The notes under the pieces were generated by a model. That model was given only the letters and a program-made list of their open reading frames with translations, was not told where the DNA came from and did no database searches. The translations under genes and the position numbers were made by a program. DNA of 63,914 bases, counting the filler, from Ministeria vibrans ATCC 50519 (lineage: Eukaryota; Protista; Filasterea), in the NCBI GenBank assembly GCA_943704425.1. It is 11 parts of 11 records of this genome, joined end to end, with 100 filler letters (N's around TTAATTAATTAA, not from the genome) between each part and the next. Parts side by side here need not be neighbours in the genome. Positions count along the whole stretch, not along the records: positions 1,799 to 13,430 come from CALSCP010002392.1; positions 13,531 to 19,327 come from CALSCP010001049.1; positions 19,428 to 21,612 come from CALSCP010000938.1; positions 21,713 to 40,222 come from CALSCP010001265.1; 7 more parts are not named here. One strand, 5' to 3'. Below are positions 13,114-25,733 of this stretch, piece after piece; the stretch's first letter is position 1; every line of letters starts with the position of its first letter.

Positions 13114-13321
13114 TAAATGCTCACTGAATAATAGTGAAATTGACCAGTCATCAGAGTGAGAGGAAAGATGAGTACGTCTATAGTAAATAATTATTAAATG
13201 ATCGTATTATAACTATCCTGCTCGTGTTCACGTTGGTATCAGTAATATCTTGGTACAATTGTTACACAAAAATCGCTTGCATGCGCGCCACCTTCGCCAT
13301 CCCTCGACTCCTCGTGGATGC

Positions 13322-13378
13322 TTACTTCTTCTTCTTCAACTTCGGCTCGGTCTTTTTGGCGCCGGCGGGGTCGACCGT
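13322..13378 (-). CDS. Terminal exon of an unidentified gene (TVDPAGAKKTEPKLKKKK*)
   Basis: AG acceptor after a CT tract, then a short open frame ending in TAA. Confidence 0.45.
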   Translation of the reverse strand, partial: TVDPAGAKKTEPKLKKKK

Positions 13379-13380
13379 CT

Positions 13381-13430
<50 letters not shown>

Positions 13431-13530
13431 NNNNNNNNNNNNNNNNNNNNNNNNNNNNNNNNNNNNNNNNNNNNTTAATTAATTAANNNNNNNNNNNNNN
13501 NNNNNNNNNNNNNNNNNNNNNNNNNNNNNN

Positions 13531-13619
<89 letters not shown>

Positions 13620-13679
13620 CTCTCTCTTTCTTTCTTTCTCTCTCTCTCATGGTTCGGTACGTCAGTGAGAGCTCGCACA

Positions 13680-15313
13680 GGATACGAGGCAGAGGCGGCT
13701 TTGAGAAAGCGCACTGAAAACTCACGGACAGTCGGGGGGTGCACTCGGTACTGCAGCACACGCAGTACAAGTAGCTCCATCCGCAAGATCTAAGAAAGAT
13801 GCGTTATGGCGAGTGGGATGACTCGGAGCGTGTCCTTACGTGGTCATCGGAGTATGTGTTGTCGGCAATGTACGCAAACTCGGCAAGCGTGGGTGGGTAG
13901 ACCTCCTCAACCTTGGCGGCGAGGAAGAGACAGGCAAGCCCAACAAGCTGAAGGCGGTGACGAGGCACGTTCATGGCGCTGAGAAAGCGGTCGAGGTAGT
14001 TGACTGAGAGGAAGAGCGACTGTGCCGCCAGCTTGTACTCGGCGGCCACATCGATAATCCAGTCGCACAAAATGGCCCGCATGCTCACGCTCACGTGTTT
14101 TTGATGGCTCATGAACCCCCGTTTGGGCATCAGCTCCGTCTAATGCACAATGATAAAATTGAGTGTGACTAAAATGAATGTGGGCGGATGCGAGTGTGTA
14201 CCTCCTTTCGACGCAGGTTGGCCATGATGTCTTCAATGTAGTCACTGACCATTTGTGGGAGCATTTCTACAAATGAGTTAGACAGGAAAAAACATTAGTG
14301 AGCATATGTATGTAGGTGTATGAGTGTGTGCGTCAGTCTGTGTGTGTGCGTACTGTCAGCGCTGTCAATGTTGTCACATTCGCCCTGGGACTGAGTCGAG
14401 TCTGTGAGGTGGTAAAAAAGAGTAAGTGAGATCAAGTGCGTGGTGCGTGAGTGAAAATAGACAAACAGACCTGTGGAGAGATTTGCCACTGAATAGTCGG
14501 ACTGCGTCGAATGGTTTAGTGACACTGCAAAGATAATCATAGATTGTGTGTGAGTCAATTGCAAAACAAATGTCTTTTTCGTCAATCATACGGTGCTCTG
14601 AAAAGGAAAATAGTGATGAGGAAGAGGATGCAGCAGGTGCAAAGGAAGCCAGGGAGGGTGGGGCACGCGTAGTGGATGCGGGCAGCGCCGAGGAAAACGC
14701 TCTTGACGAGACATCGGTGTCCTTCTGAGGCTGTTGCTGTGCTGGGCGATGACTGCCAATCACTCCAAAGGTGGCAGACGGTTTTTGCTGTTGCTGTTGC
14801 AAACATAGAGCGGGCTGAGCCCGAGGCTGCTGAACAAGTGGCGCCTTCTACACACACACACAGCAAACGATCAACAACACAATCGCCATCTTCATTTGCC
14901 ATACCGACGATCGCAAAGTGTCTTCTTTGCGAGCAAAGTCAGACACGTGCAAAGCTGCATTGGTGACATCCTCCAGCGCAAAGCGCTTGTTTGGCTCAAA
15001 ATTGGACAGAGATGCTGATCCCTGAGAGACAGTGTGTGTGAGCGGAACACAGAATTCAAATTGGCAAACGCGTGCGGTGTTTTATGCGCACCTCTCGCTT
15101 GCGCTGGAGCGTATGCGGCGGGAAGGCGGTGCGCTTCTGGTCAATGTCACGCCCAGGAATGGTCTCTTCGGGCTCGGGGTCTTGATACATGACTGAGTCG
15201 GCAAAGACTTCGTCGTCATCGTTTTGCGCCAGATGGCTGTCGGTGAACAGCGACCGGCCCTCTTCAGAGCACGCCAGGTCGATAAAGCTGGATGGCCCCA
15301 CTGAAAACGCCAT
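13680..15313 (-). CDS. CCNA: Cyclin A, 5' part, multi-exon
   Basis: Cyclin box MRAILCDWIIDVAAEYKL..LSVNYLDRFLS..LQLVGLACLFLAAKVEEVYPP..FAYIADNTY. Confidence 0.9.
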
Positions 15314-15386
15314 GGCTTGGACTACAGAAGCTCTACATACGAAGCGTGTGAGTGTCCCACGACCAAAATGTTTTCTTCTCTGTTTT

Positions 15387-15418
15387 TTTGAAAAATTCAA
15401 AATTCAAAATTTCCGCCG
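15387..15418 (-). promoter_or_regulatory. CDE-N4-CHR element plus extra CHR hexamers upstream of cyclin A
   Basis: Minus strand reads CGGCGG-AAAT-TTTGAA-T-TTTGAA, about 90 bp 5' of the ATG. Confidence 0.65.
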
Positions 15419-15791
15419 GGCCAAAACCATGTGCTCTCGAGTCCTTCCTAGTGCGCACTTCTCGCAACATTTACTTGCCCGTACTATCGTATAGGCACCA
15501 GCAAACGTGCAATTGCAGTTCTGTCCAAGCCAAATTTTTAAACTCACCTCCAAATAATACCAAAGTTGAATACTACTTAATAAGAGTTGAAAAGGGTTCG
15601 CGGCTGTCGAGTGAGTGTACTATTGACTATTGACTAATGAGTGTTCACGGTGAAAGAAGTTAAATTGGGTCTATTGCGTCTGATTTATCTGAAAACCTGA
15701 AAAAGCGATCAGCCACAAAAGTATTCGTGCCACCGATATCTCTGTCAACTGTCAACTCAATTAACTTTCTCATTATATTGCCTCTCTCGCT

Positions 15792-18700
15792 ATGCCCAAT
15801 AGTACGAACGGGGACCATTTGGGTCCGGTGGCTCCCAAGAGGTATGTTGGCGCGGTGTGTCATATTCAAGTGTGAACTCATATTTGCTTGTTGGATAGAT
15901 TTTACTTCCAGCGGCGCACGGAACGCATCGACTGGCGCCGTCTTGCCGCCCTTGACGTCGACCGTATTGTCCGCGAGGTTGATGTTGCCGCGTTACAGGT
16001 TCGCTCTGCCGTCTCTCCTCTCTTTCTTTGTCGCGTTGTGATGCCAACCGCCGTTTCTTATATTTTTTTTGAAAATTGCGTCTCTTCTGCTCGCGTTGCT
16101 TACCCCTGTGTTTGCTCTGCTCTACCTTGGTAGGATACCTTAGAGAACATTGCGTTCTGTGATGTGCAAACGGACGCCGACGCTGGCTTGTGCGACCCGA
16201 ACTTTGCGAAACTGTTTCGTCTGGCGCAGCTTGACATTGAGTATCTGCTGCACTCGCAAGAGTACCTGACCGAGTCGCGTGTTGCCGCACAGCGCGAACG
16301 CGACGCGCTTCAGTCCGAGCTGGATGCAATGCGCTCCGCCATGACAGACCGCGATGCTCAGCTGCGTCGTCTCTCCAAAGAGTGTCGCGCGCGCAAAAAG
16401 ACCATTGAGAGCTATCAGGTAACAACAACATCGGTTGGTATTACATCGTCCCCACTCACACTGTCTTTCTTGGCTTTGTCAGCGCATTATATCTATGGGT
16501 GGTGCTCAAGGTGCTGGTGGTCGTGGTGGTGGCGGTGGCGGATTCCATTCGTGTCCTCTGTGTCCCAAAATGTTCCTGTCGCCGCAGTTCGTCGTGTCGC
16601 ACCTTGACCGCCGTCATCCTGGACACAACGTGGCAGTCGATGCACTTCTTGCCAACGCTACTGCTTTTTCTTCTTCTTCTGCTACTGCTGCTGTTGCGGC
16701 CATGACACAACAAGAGATGCAGGGACAGCTGGAGGGATTTGAGCGACGAATGCGTTCGGAAATGGAGGACAAGGTGGCGGAAGAGCGCGCGCGTCTCAAG
16801 CGACGCGAAGAGGAACTCGTCGAGCTCTCACGACTTGAACGACTGCGCCACGAGCAAGAAATGCGCGATCTCAAAGCGACGTTTACACGTGAGTTGGAGA
16901 CGCAGCAGCGTGCGGCGGAACAGCAGCAGGTGCAACATCAGCAACAGCAGCGCAGTCACCTGGGAGTGCTGCAGGACGACGAAGAGACCGAGGCACTGCG
17001 TAGACAAGTGCGCCAGCTTACCGACCGAATTGATGACACTCAGGTGAGCGTTTTTTTTGTTTGTTTGTTTGTTTTGTGTGTGCATGTCCCTTTTGCTTCT
17101 TTGACTCACATGTTTTGTTTGTTAGACACGTCTGACGAACAAGTACGAGACGGAACTTGCGAGTGCGAACCGTCGCTTTGAGGAGCGTCTCAACGAAATA
17201 CAGCGCAGTATCAACGAGCACGAGCGCGAACGGGCCTTTGAAATGCGATTGGCGACACGTGAGGCAGCGACGCATCAGAGAGAGTCCGCGCCTGTGAGGC
17301 GTACTGTGCACTCCACTTCTTCTGCTGCTGTTGCTGACCAGGATCGTGTTGAACGCTTTGTTGCGACTGATGATGACCACGAAGATTACGACAGCGTCTA
17401 TGGGAATGGTGGGCGGGATGAGGTCAAGAGGCTACGTCAGGAGGAGAGCCATGTGGCGTCACGTTCTGCTTCCGTTGCTGCTGCGTGCGATCGCGGCACA
17501 CAACAACAACGACAGCAACATCCACCACCGCGCAAGATCAAGCAGCCATCAAAGCGTCCGAATGTTGTCCAATCTTCTTCTTCTGTCCTGGCATCGGCAT
17601 CGCGTTCACATAACAACACGTCAGCGGCCAATCGTGCGACACAAGTTCCTACCATGAGTGACGCCCAACTGCGCGAGTCAGTCTTGGCCGATCCGCGTTT
17701 GCGCCCTACTCCTCTCCACGAGAAACCCTATCTTCAGTCGCGCTACTCATTTTCCCGCACTGACTTTGACCAGCAACGTGATGCCGTTGCCGACATCCTC
17801 GACGCCAACCTTGCCCATCGTGGTCTTGACAATGCCAGTGCGACGACGATCATGACCACCGCCGACTTTGACCACAAAATGGCGCAATTGCGTGCCGAGC
17901 AGGCCCAACGTGCCAGCCTCACACCCAACTTCATTGCTCTGCGTGACATTCTCGACGCAGAAATATCCTCCATTGCAGTGCAGCACGCTCCCACACTTCC
18001 TGCACTTCCGACGACCCAACCTCAGTCAGTTCCAACAGCACAGCCTCGTCCTCCTTCTCCCCCTCCGTCACTTGCGCAGGCACCGTCTGTTCCCAGCTTC
18101 AGCGGCATTCTCTCGTCTCCACCCGTCTCCCGCGCCGCACTCTCTTCGCCACCACCGACCAAGGCTGGCCCAAAAGCGACGACAACAACGACAATCGCAG
18201 ACCCGTCAGCACCCGCCTCGCCACTCTCTCAACGCCCACCCAAGGCAGCGCGTTCGACAGTGACTCCACAATCACCCACCACTACCACTGTGCGACCTGT
18301 TTCACCTGCGCTTGCCGACGACAGCGACGACGAACCCGACTCTGACGATGAAGCGTTCCGTCGCCACCAGCACCAGCATCCCTCGGCGTCTACATCTGCA
18401 GCCCCCGTCGCTACCCACACGCGATCCACCCAACCCAAGGGCCCCGTCTTCTCGCCCTCGGGCAAACGTCTCCCCCCCGGTGCAGTCAGCGTGTTCCCTA
18501 TGGGCGCACCACTTGTCCCCGTCTCCCGTGCCCCCGCTTCTCCTCCTCCCGCTTCCAACCTCTCGTCCACCTCTGATCACAGTGACTTTGACGATGACGT
18601 TGTGTAAGCACCATTGTTTTTTATTTATTGTACCATCCTGTTTGAGAGTATCCTATTCATCTCTCATCTCATTATTAGTGGTGGTACGCCCAGTGGACGG

Positions 18701-19102
18701 CTGTCTAGCACACCGGCACGCTCGCGAGTGCCACGCACTGAGCCAGAGAGCCCTGGAATGGACCCAGTGCCGCACGAAGGAGCATCGCCACATGACCCCC
18801 ATGCGCGCATGCAGGCATTTGACGCTGCTGACGACGACGACGATGACGACGACGAGGGTGATGATGAAGATGATGAGATGGAGGTGAGCGAGCGGGCGGC
18901 AAACGAAACGGTTGTGATTGAGCGCGATGCCAATGGCATGCCTCGCATTGCGGCGGACGTGCACCTGGCGCTCACCGACGATGACGACCTCTCTCTCTCC
19001 GACCAGCAGGTCAGTGCCGTCTCAGCTCCCTCCGACGACCAGAACTCCTACTCTCAGCCCCATCCCGCGTCAACAACCATTTCTCGACCAAAGACGTCCA
19101 CG
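15792..19102 (+). CDS. DZIP1: DZIP1/Iguana ciliary C2H2 zinc-finger coiled-coil protein, multi-exon, 3' end probably missing
   Basis: FYFQRRTERIDWRRLAALDVDRIVREVDVAALQ, DPNFAKLFRLAQLDIEYLLHSQEYL, CPLCPKMFLSPQFVVSHLDRRH. Confidence 0.92.
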
Positions 19103-19194
19103 TATGTCATTTTTTGTCTACTCTCCATTCTGTGTCCCTTTGTGTTTATTTTTCTGCCCCTTTGTTCATATCACTCTTACTGACCCACTTACTG

Positions 19195-19327
19195 TCTCTC
19201 TCTCTCTATCACTTTGTTTCTTTCTCCTCTCTCTCTATCACTTTGTTTCTTTCTCCTCTCTCTCTCTATCACTTTGTTTCTTTCTCCTCTCTCTCTATCA
19301 CTTTGTTTCTTTCTCCTCTCTCTCTCT
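19195..19327 (+). repeat. Intronic CT-rich minisatellite (core CTCTCTATCACTTTGTTTCTTTCTC, about 29-31 nt)
   Basis: Four tandem copies; same core at about 11985-12240, 25725-26110, 36935-37020, 41810-41920, 47635-47700, 49655-49790. Confidence 0.9.
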
Positions 19328-19427
19328 NNNNNNNNNNNNNNNNNNNNNNNNNNNNNNNNNNNNNNNNNNNNTTAATTAATTAANNNNNNNNNNNNNNNNN
19401 NNNNNNNNNNNNNNNNNNNNNNNNNNN

Positions 19428-19650
19428 GGGGGGGGAACGAGGGGTTCGGAAGGGTGAGTCAATGGGTGGCGTTGAGGGCGACGATGAAGCATTTGTACAT
19501 CTCCTCCAGGGGATGAAGTGCTTCATAGTGCGTGTCGTTGGTCGTGCGCAATGCCTCGGCAAGGGTCTTTCCGACCAGTGAGTCGAGTCGGTGTCGGTAC
19601 ACCGCTGGGTGAGCGCAGTAGAGCAGGAAGTGTTCAGGGCTCTCCAGCGG

Positions 19651-19690
<40 letters not shown>

Positions 19691-21600
19691 GGCTGTGGGA
19701 TGGCGGCGCACGCCCGACACCGAAACGTGTCGACCGATGCGTCGGCGGGGATGTTGAAGCGCGCAAAAGCTGGGCCCGTCATGCCCTGGCTGATGCTGGT
19801 GGTGCCCGTGATGAGTGCGTTGCAGCGCAGCAGTAGCAGCACTTGCCCCGATCTCTTCGGCAGCTTGCTCAGGTACTTGAATATGCTCAGTGGGTTGTAC
19901 CTCCTGTCTTTGAGTGGCGACGCGCTCGTAGGTCCGCTGAGGCTGGGCGTGTCTCGGAGACGCGCTCGCCACTCGTTTGTGGACAGACTCTCCGCTGCCT
20001 TCACGAGCTCGCCGTCCTTGATACGGTCGTAGCACAGGACCCGTCTTGCTGGCGCCCCCGCCGGCATTGGGTGCAGCGTCTCGAGCGTGTTGAGGATCGA
20101 CAGCGCGTGAAAGCGCTTTTTCGCTCTCGGAGCCGTCGCTGCTCTTTCTGGGATGTTTGCCAGCAGTGCCTCGAACACCTGAGATGCCAGGGGCACCATC
20201 TTGAGGGTCGTGCCTCTCGCCAAGTGTTGAAGCAGGCACGCTTGCAGCGCTCTCGCACGGCCGGCGACCGGCTCGATGCCGAGCTCACCTTGCAATCCCA
20301 CCAGTGGTGCAAACTGTGGTGCGCGCGCGAGTCGTCTGAGGTCTTCGTTCTGCAAGAGGTTTAGCTCGTCATACTTCCCTAACGGCAGCACAATCGTGGC
20401 TTGTCCATCGCGCTCCTCCCGGCCTGGACATACACGTTTCGTAGGGCACCCACCCGTAGGTCCCGCAGGAACACCCGCTGCCACACAGCGCGTGCCTTGT
20501 CATACCGCTCCTTGATCCCCGCCGAGATTGACTGGGAGAGCCTGAGCTTGCGTGTGGGGCGCACACCCGGTTCAGGTGTGGGAGCCGTGAATGAGCCGTT
20601 GATGCAGAGGCCAAGGTACCTGAAACCCTTTTGGTCGTCGACCCGCCTGAGCGCCACGCCGTCGTATCGCACTGGGTCTCGCGCAAGGTCGACCGGGTCT
20701 CTATCAATCACCTGTACGTAGCTCTTCGCACTGTTAACCACCAGTCGCCAGGTGCGACAGTAGTCCTTGATGTAATCTAGCGCTGCATATGTGTCCTCGA
20801 CTGTGTGGTTGATGAGCACCAAGTCATCGCTGAACATCATCTCAGCCGTTCGCGCACCCGCCACTGACGCTACCCCGTCCGCCTTGGGAAGGGCTCGCAG
20901 GCCTCTCAGCAGCCCGTCAAAGTAGTATGTGAACAGTGGTGGGCTCATGCAGCAGCCCTGTCTCACACCCAGGGGCAAGTGGTATTTGGCTGAGGCCGCC
21001 TCACCAAGCTGCACGTAGGATTGAGCATCTTCGTAGAACGCCCTGATCATCGCTACCGTCCCCGCTGACGCCCCTGCTCAGAGTGGCTGGTAGTACAAGC
21101 CCGGCCGCCAGACTGAGTCGAACGCACGACGTAGGACCACCATTGTCACAATCGCACAGTCGCTGTTGAGTGTCGCATTCCAATTCTGTGCCTTGCCAAG
21201 GTTTATACGCCGTCTGGGCTGGCGATAGGACGCCGTTGAGGACACGTGCCATGCGTTGAGCATTGATCTTAGCGAAGATCTTTGCTCGGGCGCGCAGGAT
21301 GGTAATGGAGCGGTATTGACACGCCTTGGCCCGATCACCGAACGATCACCACCGTCCTTGAGCAGAGCAATGACTCTACCCAACTTCCACTCCGCCGGTA
21401 GTCTTCCCGCCATCAGCATGAGAGTGTAGAGAAGAGCCAGAGCCTCGCGGACTGGCTTGCCACCGTACTTGAGCAGCTCGATGGGCACGCTGTCGTCACC
21501 TGGCGCTTTGTCATTGTGCAACTTCTGCAGCGCCATCTTCACCTCTATCGGCTCGACGGCCTTCGTCAGCTCAAGGGAGGAAAGTGGCCGTTGGTTGGCG
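19428..21600 (-). mobile_element. Decayed non-LTR (LINE) retrotransposon: reverse transcriptase plus C-terminal CCHC knuckle
   Basis: KAPGDDSVP, LPAEWK, YRSITIL, RRAFDSVW, GVRQGCCMSPPLF, MFSDD, FRYLG, CRAC..ESPEHFLLYC; no introns; several frameshifts and one in-frame stop. Confidence 0.93.
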
Positions 21601-21763
21601 TATAATAATAATNNNNNNNNNNNNNNNNNNNNNNNNNNNNNNNNNNNNNNNNNNNNTTAATTAATTAANNNNNNNNNNNNNNNNNNNNNNNNNNNNNNNN
21701 NNNNNNNNNNNNACTCATGACTTCTTCTTTTTTTTTTTTTGTTTTTTTTTGTTTTTTTTTTCT

Positions 21764-22418
21764 AGTGTGCCTTTTTGCCGCTGCTGCTTTCGCTGCTCCC
21801 CTTGACCTTGTCGCTGCACCGGCTGCCGCGACTGTCTCGGCCAGCGCGTCTATGATGGCCTCGGCGTCAGCCTCAAAGGCTGCGGCTGCGTCGACTGTTG
21901 CCGCCATGACGAGCGCCGCTGCTGCCTCGTCTGCTGCTGCCCCTGCCTCCTCGTCTGCCGCTGCTGCTGCTTCATCATCAGCTGCCCCTGCCGCGTCAAC
22001 GGCTGTCGCCTCATCAGCTGCCCCTGCTGCGTCGTCGTCCGCTGCCCCTGCTGCGTCGTCATCTGCTGCCCCTGCTGCGTCGTCCGCTGCCGCTTCATCT
22101 GCTGCCCCTGCTGCGTCGTCCGCCGCTGCCTCGTCAGTCTCCGTCTCGGCACAGCCTGCCCCGACTGTCACAGCCTCGGCACAGCCGGCCAAGAGCAGCG
22201 CCGCCCCGGCTGCCAGCAGTGCCGCACCCGCACCCACTGGCCCCACGCCCACGTACACGCCCCCTTCGCCGCAGAAGCACAAGTCGGACGCCGGTGCCAT
22301 TGTCGGTGGCGTCATTGGCGGCATTGCAGCCCTGGCCATCATCATCTTCATCGTCATGAAGGTCCGTGGCGGCAAGCCCCGCTACGAGGTTGATCCCCGT
22401 CGCCCTCTCCTCGAGTAA
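21764..22418 (+). CDS. Ala/Ser-rich mucin-like type I membrane protein (5' end missing)
   Basis: Signal-peptide remnant CLFAAAAFAAP, SSAAPAA repeats, TM AGAIVGGVIGGIAALAIIIFIVM, short tail. Confidence 0.75.
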
Positions 22419-22469
22419 ACTACTGTTTTTGTTCTTGTTTTAATCAATCATTCCTCGTGTTCATGTTCA

Positions 22470-22764
22470 ATCAGATCCAGTTCAATGCGCGCCAAGGCGT
22501 GCCGTAGTCTCTCGTTTTGCGTCTCCGTTGCGCGCAGCCTCTCCTCAAGTGCTTCCGCCTCTGCAAGAAAAAACAAAATTAATATTGATTTCACCATTAA
22601 AGGAAGCGGATGGAGGGTTCACACCTTTTCTGGTCTCTTCGGGGTTTGCCAGTGCTCGAGCCATTTGGACTATTCTCGCGTACATTTGTTCGTTGCTTCG
22701 TTGCACTCTATTGGACTTCTCCTCACTGCTCTGCAAATTTGTCTCTACCTCAAGCAAACATACA

Positions 22765-22804
<40 letters not shown>

Positions 22805-23402
22805 AAAAATAATTATTATTAATAATAATATTCTGGTCTTTCTTGCAGCTTTGCTTACCAATGAGTTTGAGGCTGTTGAGGGTCTCTTGGAGCTCTCCCT
22901 GCGCCACCATGATATCTTCTTCTATTTGCGCGCTCTGAGTCTGCGTCATCTCCTGTTCCATTGTCAGCTCGCGTTGTAGTCGCTCTCCGTCTCCCAACAC
23001 CACTCCAATGTGTTCTTGAAGTTCTCCGAGAGTTGTCTCTGCTCGTGCATGCGCTGCGTTGATTCTTCTCCGTTCCGTTCGCAGCTCCAAAAGTTCGTTT
23101 TCCAAATCTTCCACTCTGTTCAAGGTAGGAGATCAGTGAGTGAATTCTGATCAGAATGACTGTTATTGTCATACCTCTCTTGTAATGTTGACACATATCC
23201 ACCATATCGATCTCTCGTTTGATCTGCCAACGATCGTAATTGGACTGCTTTATCAAGTTGCTCTCGAAGCTACAGACAAACACCATTATTATTCAATATT
23301 TTTAATAATAATAATTATTATGAAGAATAATTATTATTGTCAGTAAAAGTTTGTTACTGTAAGTTGTTTGAATATTCCTCTCACTTCACACACACACTCA
23401 CT

Positions 23403-23433
<31 letters not shown>

Positions 23434-23812
23434 CGTGTCCTATCCATACAACTTATGCTATACCTTGGAGAGCACACAGCTGTCGTGGTCGTCGTCAAGT
23501 GGATTCTGTGCCATCGCACTGCGAAGCTCTGCAAATTCATTGGAATTTGGATCGAGCGCCCACGACGATCGCTGCGCAATTTGATGCGGCAAAGGACGCC
23601 GATAGGCTTCTTTGCGCTCTTCGCGAGTGTGTGGTGGTCGTTGGCCCTGAATTGAGGCGGGTATAGACGGTTCCTCAGCAATAAAACACATCGCTTTCTC
23701 CAACACTTTTTCACTGTTCTACCGCTCCCGCATCGCTGACTCTTCGATTTCTTTGGCTTTTATCATAGGAGGTTGCTACGGGAGCCGAGCTCCAGCGTCT
23801 TGGGTTGATCAT
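22470..23812 (-). CDS. Uncharacterised coiled-coil protein, multi-exon
   Basis: Spliceable exons including LNRVEDLENELLELRTERRRINAAH..LQETLNSLKL; (TAA)n and (CA)n introns. Confidence 0.6.
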
Positions 23813-23828
23813 AGGAAAATATTAAAAA

Positions 23829-24506
23829 ATTGAAGAAGAAGAGAACTAGAGAGAAGACATTTCCAATTTATTATCAATCACAAACGAAAAGCGACAACAC
23901 AAACTCCACACAAACAGCTAAGAAATTGAAGAAGAAGACATTTCATTATCAATCACAAACGAAAAGCGACAACACAAAGAGCTCAGAACCACTTTCTAAG
24001 CTACGGAAGCGTCGAGAGGAAACGGAGAGAGGTTGGCTGATGGCCAGACAAGTGACGCGATAGGCACCAGATACCCCATATCCTGAGTGGGACGTAAGGC
24101 TCTGCCAGCACAAGGGCCGGCACTAGATGGGAGCAGCAAGCTCCAGCACCTTTGGGGAGGAGGGGGGGAGGGGGGTAGCATAGTGGTGCACACCCGATAT
24201 TATGATTGTTCCGAGGGCGTCACACAACTGCTGCTTTGCCCCTCGAGGCGCTGCTGTGAGAAAGGTTAGTGGTTGCATGGGGGGGCCACTTGCCCTGGGG
24301 GCATACACGCGGCGGGCAGGGTCTTCCGTTTTGGTTGACATGAAAGGTGAAAATGCGGCTTATGCGGGTGATAGGGGGAGGGGGATCAAAAGAAGAAGAA
24401 AAAGAAGACATTTCGAAGACATTTCCAATAATAAATTAATAATAATAATTTATTATTATCAATCACTCAATCAAACGAAAAGCGACAACACAAACAACTC
24501 AGAACC
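23829..24506 (+). repeat. Three copies of a ~33-nt direct repeat bracketing a GC-rich island
   Basis: TTATCAATCACAAACGAAAAGCGACAACACAAA at 23871, 23946 and, with an insertion, 24456. Confidence 0.8.
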
Positions 24507-25651
24507 TAAGGCTCCAAATTACTATGTTATATGTAAACTGGATCATCTATTAAATACTAGAAGAAGAAGAATACAACCCATTTATTAATGATACAGTCAC
24601 CACGCGAAGACACAGCCAGACCGCCTTGCAAACTCGACCGAAACTCTAGAGGTAACATGGGAGAACANNNNNNNNNNNNNNNNNNNNNNNNNNNNNNNNN
24701 NNNNNNNNNNNNNNNNNNNNNNNNNNNNNNNNNNNNNNNNNNNNNNNNNNNNNNNNNNNNNNNNNNNNNNNNNNNNNNNNNNNNNNNNNNNNNNNNNNNN
24801 NNNNNNNNNNNNNNNNNNNNNNNNNNNNNNNNNNNNNNNNNNNNNNNNNNNNNNNNNNNNNNNNNNNNNNNNNNNNNNNNNNNNNNNNNNNNNNNNNNNN
24901 NNNNNNNNNNNNNNNNNNNNNNNNNNNNNNNNNNNNNNNNNNNNNNNNNNNNNNNNNNNNNNNNNNNNNNNNNNNNNNNNNNNNNNNNNNNNNNNNNNNN
25001 NNNNNNNNNNNNNNNNNNNNNNNNNNNNNNNNNNNNNNNNNNNNNNNNNNNNNNNNNNNNNNNNNNNNNNNNNNNNNNNNNNNNNNNNNNNNNNNNNNNN
25101 NNNNNNNNNNNNNNNNNNNNNNNNNNNNNNNNNNNNNNNNNNNNNNNNNNNNNNNNNNNNNNNNNNNNNNNNNNNNNNNNNNNNNNNNNNNNNNNNNNNN
25201 NNNNNNNNNNNNNNNNNNNNNNNNNNNNNNNNNNNNNNNNNNNNNNNNNNNNNNNNNNNNNNNNNNNNNNNNNNNNNNNNNNNNNNNNNNNNNNNNNNNN
25301 NNNNNNNNNNNNNNNNNNNNNNNNNNNNNNNNNNNNNNNNNNNNNNNNNNNNNNNNNNNNNNNNNNNNNNNNNNNNNNNNNNNNNNNNNNNNNNNNNNNN
25401 NNNNNNNNNNNNNNNNNNNNNNNNNNNNNNNNNNNNNNNNNNNNNNNNNNNNNNNNNNNNNNNNNNNNNNNNNNNNNNNNNNNNNNNNNNNNNNNNNNNN
25501 NNNNNNNNNNNNNNNNNNNNNNNNNNNNNNNNNNNNNNNNNNNNNNNNNNNNNNNNNNNNNNNNNNNNNNNNNNNNNNNNNNNNNNNNNNNNNNNNNNNN
25601 NNNNNNNNNNNNNNNNNNNNNNNNNNNNNNNNNNNNNNNNNNNNNNNNNNN

Positions 25652-25733
<82 letters not shown>

